NCBI GenBank assembly: GCA_026387235.1
Contig: JAPLMD010000069.1
Span: 26,920 to 90,919, forward strand
Source of the DNA: Candidatus Omnitrophota bacterium
GTDB lineage: Bacteria; Omnitrophota; Gorgyraeia; Gorgyraeales; Gorgyraeaceae
Reading direction: 5' to 3'
DNA: 64,000 bases
Part shown: positions 59,577-64,000 of the stretch, one piece after another
How positions within the stretch are numbered: position 1 is the first letter of the stretch
Layout of the letters: every line of letters begins with the position of its first letter
Program-made: the position numbers and the translations under genes
The notes under the pieces: model-generated
Database searches by the model: none
What the model was told of the DNA's origin: nothing
The model's input: the letters and a program-made list of their open reading frames with translations, nothing else

Positions 59577-60615
59577 AAAAATAAACGAAATAGATAAAAA
59601 GATAATCGCGTTATTGAATGACAGAGCAGGGGTCGCAAAATATATAGGTAAGCTGAAGAAAGACGCGGGCATTTCTATCTATACTCCCGAGAGGGAAGTG
59701 GAGATATACGAGAATATAATAAAAGAAAATAAAGGCCCCTTGCCCAATAAGGCGCTTTTTGCGATATACCGGGAAATTATGTCAGGTTCTCTTGGCCTTG
59801 AGAAAAAATTAAAGATAGCGTATCTTGGGCCTGAAGCAACATTCACGCATCAGGCAGGTATAAAAAAATTCGGGTCAAATGTAGAATATTATGCCTGCCT
59901 GACAATAACCGATGTTTTCAGGGATGTGGAGGCAGGAAGGTCAGATTACGGAGTTGTGCCTGTAGAGAATTCAACAGAAGGCATGATAAGCCATACGCTG
60001 GATATGTTTATAAATTCTGATCTAAAGATATGTTCCGAAATAATGCTAGAGATATCGCACAACCTATTGGGTAAATGCAGCATTAAATCAGTAAAGAAGA
60101 TTTATTCAAAACAGGAAGTGTTCGGCCAGTGCAGGCTATGGCTGGAGATAAATATGCGGGGCATAGCTCTGGCAGAGGTATCTTCAACTAGCAAGGCTGC
60201 GGAGATTGCCTCAAAGGAAAAAAATTCAGCTGCCATAGCCAGCGTGCTGGCAGCTAAAAAATACAGGCTGAATGTGCTCGCGGAAGATGTAGAGGATAAC
60301 CCGAATAATGTTACAAGATTTCTTGTTATAGGAGAGGTGACTCCGCGGCCTACAAAACGAGACAAGACCTCTATAATGTTTTCAGTAAAAGACAGGGTTG
60401 GCGCTTTGCACGATATCCTTGTACCTTTCAAGAAATACAGTATAAATCTTACTAAGATTGAATCAAGGCCTTCCAAAAGAAAGTCGTGGGAATATTATTT
60501 CTTTGTGGATATGATCGGGCACTATGAGAACCCTGGCGTAAAAAAGGCATTGAATGAACTTGAAAAACATTGCTCGTTTTTAAAGATACTGGGCTCTTAT
60601 CCTGTAGGAATCTAA
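59551..60615 (+). CDS. pheA: Chorismate mutase/prephenate dehydratase
   Basis: CM domain, YLGPEATF, PVENSTEG, NVTRF, KIESRP, LGSYP. Confidence 0.95.
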   Translation: MSKLVGPRKKINEIDKKIIALLNDRAGVAKYIGKLKKDAGISIYTPEREVEIYENIIKENKGPLPNKALFAIYREIMSGSLGLEKKLKIAYLGPEATFTHQAGIKKFGSNVEYYACLTITDVFRDVEAGRSDYGVVPVENSTEGMISHTLDMFINSDLKICSEIMLEISHNLLGKCSIKSVKKIYSKQEVFGQCRLWLEINMRGIALAEVSSTSKAAEIASKEKNSAAIASVLAAKKYRLNVLAEDVEDNPNNVTRFLVIGEVTPRPTKRDKTSIMFSVKDRVGALHDILVPFKKYSINLTKIESRPSKRKSWEYYFFVDMIGHYENPGVKKALNELEKHCSFLKILGSYPVGI

Positions 60616-60652
60616 TAACCTTTCCGATTCGAAGCCGGGAATAGGAAGAACT

Positions 60653-61750
60653 ATGTTACCGAGAAAAGCTATTTTAAATGTAAAGCCATACCAGCCTGGT
60701 AAACCTATTGAAGAAGTCAAGAGAGAGTTGGGTTTACAGGATGTTATAAAAATGGCTTCAAATGAAAATCCGTTAGGGCCTTCTCCTAAGGCTGTGGCTG
60801 CTATAAGGAAATATCTGGGGAATATAAACAGATACCCTGAGGGGGGTTGTTTTTATCTGCGTCAGGCAGTTGCAAAGAGATTGAAAATAAAACCGGAACA
60901 ATTAATTTTCGGAAACGGTTCCGATGAGCTTATAGAGCTTACATTAAAGGCATTTGTAAATGAAGGAGACGATGTGGTTGTCGCAAGCCCGACTTTTCTC
61001 ATGTATGAGGTGGCTTCTACGGCACATGGCGCAAAGATAAAAGTTGTGCCTATGCGTTATTTTAAATATGATTTAAAAGCCATGAAGGATGCGATAAATA
61101 AAAACACCAAAGCGGTATTTATAGCAAACCCTGATAATCCGAACGGCACGTATGTCGCGAGACACGAGCTTGAGGATTTTTTAAAGGGTTTGCCTGGCGA
61201 GACAATAGTTTTTCTTGACGAGGCGTATTTTGAGTTTGTGGAAGAGCAGGATTACCCCAATGGCCTTGATTATCTTGGTAAAAACAATATCATAGTTACC
61301 AGGACGTTTTCAAAGGTATACGGTCTTGCGGGCTTAAGGGTTGGATATGGCGTATCAAGCCCGGAAATAATAAAGTATATGGAGGCTGTCAGGGATCCTT
61401 TTAACGTGAATTCGCTCGGCCAGATAGGCGCCATAGCAGCATTGAAGGACAAGGAGTTTTTGTCAAAGTCTAAAAAGGCGGCGAGGGATGGTAAAAAGTT
61501 TTTGTATTCTGAATTAAAGGCAATGGGCGTGAGGTACGTGCCGAGCGTGACTAATTTTATATTGATAGAGCTTGGGCCGGAATCATGCGAGGTTACGGAA
61601 AAACTTTTAAAGAAAGGCGTGATTGTCAGAAACATGAAGGCATGGGGCCTGGAGAATTTTATACGCGTGACTGTAGGCAAAGAATCGGAGAACAAGAGGT
61701 TTATCAGGGAATTAAAGGAGGTTTTTAATGATTATAGTCTTGCGTCCTGA
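60653..61750 (+). CDS. hisC: Histidinol-phosphate/aromatic aminotransferase
   Basis: ASNENP, GNGSDE, NPDNPNG, DEAY, RTFSKVYGLAGLRVGY. Confidence 0.92.
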   Translation: MLPRKAILNVKPYQPGKPIEEVKRELGLQDVIKMASNENPLGPSPKAVAAIRKYLGNINRYPEGGCFYLRQAVAKRLKIKPEQLIFGNGSDELIELTLKAFVNEGDDVVVASPTFLMYEVASTAHGAKIKVVPMRYFKYDLKAMKDAINKNTKAVFIANPDNPNGTYVARHELEDFLKGLPGETIVFLDEAYFEFVEEQDYPNGLDYLGKNNIIVTRTFSKVYGLAGLRVGYGVSSPEIIKYMEAVRDPFNVNSLGQIGAIAALKDKEFLSKSKKAARDGKKFLYSELKAMGVRYVPSVTNFILIELGPESCEVTEKLLKKGVIVRNMKAWGLENFIRVTVGKESENKRFIRELKEVFNDYSLAS

Positions 61751-62741
61751 TGCGACAAAAAAACAGATAGACCATTTAATAGAAAAGGTTAAGAAACTAG
61801 GGCTAAAGCCAATGGTTTCAAAAGGCGTAGAGCGTACGATTATAGGCGTCATAGGCGAGGAAGACGTCTTAAGGGTGCAGCCGCTGGAGGCATTTCCAGG
61901 CGTTGAGAAGGTAATGCCCATCCTGAAGCCCTATAAGCTTGTGTCCAGGGAATTTAAGCCTGAAAATAGTATCGTGGATGTTGAAGGCGTGAAGATAGGC
62001 GGAAAAAAGATAGTTATTATGGCAGGGCCTTGCTCTGTGGAGAATTTTGACATGCTCCTAGATATAGGCAAGAAAGTAAAAAAAGCAGGAGCCAGTATTC
62101 TAAGAGGAGGAGCGTTTAAGCCTAGGAGTTCGCCTTACAGTTTTCAAGGGCTGGGAGAAGAAGGCCTTAAATTTTTAAGAGACGTAAAAAAAGAAACAGG
62201 CCTTAAGATTGTTACCGAGGTGATGGATACGCGCGATGTGTGGATGGTTGAAAAATATGCGGATATCCTTCAGGTAGGCGCGCGCAACATGCAGAATTTT
62301 AATTTACTTAAAGAGGTTGGGCTATCCAAAAAGCCGGTGCTTTTAAAAAGAGGCATGTCTGCTACGGTGAAAGAATTTCTTATGTCAGCTGAATATATAT
62401 TGGCGGCCGGAAATTTCAACTGCATACTCTGCGAAAGAGGCATAAGGACCTTTGAAGATGCCACTAGATTTACTCTGGATCTTAACGCAGTCCCTCTTAT
62501 TAAGCAGCTGAGCCATCTGCCGGTTATTGTGGATCCCAGCCATGGGACAGGCAAATGGGATCTTGTTGATCCGATGGCAAGGGCAGCGATTGCCTCAGGC
62601 GCGGACGGTTTGATTGTAGAGGTTCATCCGAATCCTGAAGAGGCGTTATCTGACGGAGAAGAGTCTCTTATGCCGTACAGATTTGACGCCATGATGAAAG
62701 GGCTTAAGACAATAGCTAAAGCTATTAACCGCAGGATATGA
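61728..62741 (+). CDS. aroF: DAHP synthase (type I beta, N-terminal regulatory domain)
   Basis: AGPCSVE, KPRSSPYSFQG, GARNMQN, DPSH. Confidence 0.95.
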   Translation: MIIVLRPDATKKQIDHLIEKVKKLGLKPMVSKGVERTIIGVIGEEDVLRVQPLEAFPGVEKVMPILKPYKLVSREFKPENSIVDVEGVKIGGKKIVIMAGPCSVENFDMLLDIGKKVKKAGASILRGGAFKPRSSPYSFQGLGEEGLKFLRDVKKETGLKIVTEVMDTRDVWMVEKYADILQVGARNMQNFNLLKEVGLSKKPVLLKRGMSATVKEFLMSAEYILAAGNFNCILCERGIRTFEDATRFTLDLNAVPLIKQLSHLPVIVDPSHGTGKWDLVDPMARAAIASGADGLIVEVHPNPEEALSDGEESLMPYRFDAMMKGLKTIAKAINRRI

Positions 62742-63574
62742 TGTTTAATAAGATAACTATTATAGGTTTGGGGTTGATTGGCGGATCGCTGGCTCTTGCG
62801 ATAAAAGAAAAGAAACTTGCAAAAGAGATTGCAGGGGTTTCAAGAAGGAAAAGCACTATTGACCGCGCTATTGAGAATAAAATAGTAGATTTCGCTACGC
62901 TGAATCTGAAAGATGGAGTGAAGGATTCAGATCTTGTAATTATCGCTGCTCCTGTTTTAAGAATAGCAGCTATAGCAAAACTAGCAGCCCCTTTTTTAAA
63001 AAAAGACGCTATCCTTACCGATGCCGGCAGCACAAAAAGATACATACTGAAGTATATAGAAAAAAGCGGATTTAAAAGCGTAAATTTTGTAGGCAGCCAC
63101 CCTATCGCGGGTTCTGAAAAATCAGGTATTAAATCCGCGAATAAAGATTTATTTGAAAAGTCATGCTGTATTTTAACAAAAACAAAAAATACAAATCCAA
63201 AAACGATCGTCAAGCTTAAAAAATTCTGGCGCAAGCTTGGGATGCAGGTTGCAATAATGTCTCCCCAGATGCACGATAAAATACTTTCAGAGATAAGCCA
63301 TATGCCTCACGCGGTCAGCGTCAGCCTTGTAAATTCTGTGGGGAAAAATAGTCTAAAGCTCGCAGCGGGAGGGTTTAAGGATATCACGAGAATTGCATCC
63401 GGCGAGCCGGAACTTTGGAAAGATATATTTTTGACAAATAGAGATAATCTGGTAAAAGATATAGAGATATTAAAGAAAGAATTATCTAAGATACAGATAG
63501 CTTTGAAAAATAATGATGAAGCATGTTTGTTAAAGCTTCTTGGCAATGCCAAAGTTATTAGAGATTCTCTATAA
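62738..63574 (+). CDS. tyrA: Prephenate/arogenate dehydrogenase
   Basis: GLGLIGGS, DAGSTK, HPIAGSE, SHMPH, DITRIA. Confidence 0.93.
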   Translation: MMFNKITIIGLGLIGGSLALAIKEKKLAKEIAGVSRRKSTIDRAIENKIVDFATLNLKDGVKDSDLVIIAAPVLRIAAIAKLAAPFLKKDAILTDAGSTKRYILKYIEKSGFKSVNFVGSHPIAGSEKSGIKSANKDLFEKSCCILTKTKNTNPKTIVKLKKFWRKLGMQVAIMSPQMHDKILSEISHMPHAVSVSLVNSVGKNSLKLAAGGFKDITRIASGEPELWKDIFLTNRDNLVKDIEILKKELSKIQIALKNNDEACLLKLLGNAKVIRDSL

Positions 63575-64000
63575 TGATATATTTTATTTCCAGAAATATA
63601 TTAAAACTGCTCTTTAAAATATGTTTCAGGCTCAGGATAGCAGGTTCTGAAAATTGTCCCAGGAATGGGCCGCTGATTATTGCGTTGAATCATGCGAGTT
63701 TTCTTGATCCTTTAATAGCGGGTTTTGCTGTGCCGCGGGCACTGAATTTCATGGCGCGCGACAGCCTTTTCAGGAATAAAATTTTTGGCAAGATGCTAAT
63801 GTCAGTAAACGCATTTCCTTTAAGGCGGGAAGGCGCGGATCTGGGAGCTATGAAGCTGGCCATAGATAAATTATGCCAAGGGAAAGCAGTTTTGATTTTT
63901 CCTGAAGGGACTCGTTCAAAAGACGGCAATCTTGGGACTCCAAGAGCCGGCATAGGGTTTTTGGCAGCTAGTTCAGGAGCAAGTATATTGCCGTGTTATA
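63574..64000 (+). CDS. plsC: 1-acyl-sn-glycerol-3-phosphate acyltransferase, 3'-truncated by the window
   Basis: ATG overlapping the tyrA stop; translates to NHASFLDP and FPEGTRSKDG. Confidence 0.88.
   Translation, partial: MIYFISRNILKLLFKICFRLRIAGSENCPRNGPLIIALNHASFLDPLIAGFAVPRALNFMARDSLFRNKIFGKMLMSVNAFPLRREGADLGAMKLAIDKLCQGKAVLIFPEGTRSKDGNLGTPRAGIGFLAASSGASILPCY

Overview
A + strand, gene-dense bacterial chromosome segment; gene content and the giant secreted proteins suggest Candidatus Omnitrophota (inference, not tested). Positions 1-27.2 kb hold housekeeping and envelope genes: a YfhO/GT2 glycosylation pair, type IV pilin-like and PilMNO genes, lpxL-lptC/A-lptB, tig-clpP, aminotransferase-serA, purA, hppA and uppS-cdsA-dxr-rseP-ispG-proS. 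Positions 53.4-64 kb resume with rimP-nusA-infB-trpS-scpAB-pheA-hisC-aroF-tyrA-plsC. Between proS and rimP is a ~26 kb array of six large genes, the main candidate for an undescribed system. Five share an identically sized 26-aa signal peptide and three share a ~550-aa ChaN/EreA/TIKI-like domain. The four cargo carriers share an (A/G)LR(V/P) motif at the start of the cargo and a loosely conserved Gly/hydrophobic C-terminus. The cargo consists of normally cytoplasmic enzymes: PGM/PMM, PGI, FBPase, sugar-nucleotidyltransferase, NDK, CMK, HAD and a methyltransferase. Tandem PGI and FBPase copies show complementary loss of catalytic residues, consistent with single-chain dimers. A decayed copy of the proS 3' end and repeated promoters record how the array grew. 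Small palindromic elements occur in leaders and in frame inside genes. All calls come from reading motifs by eye; no searches were run.
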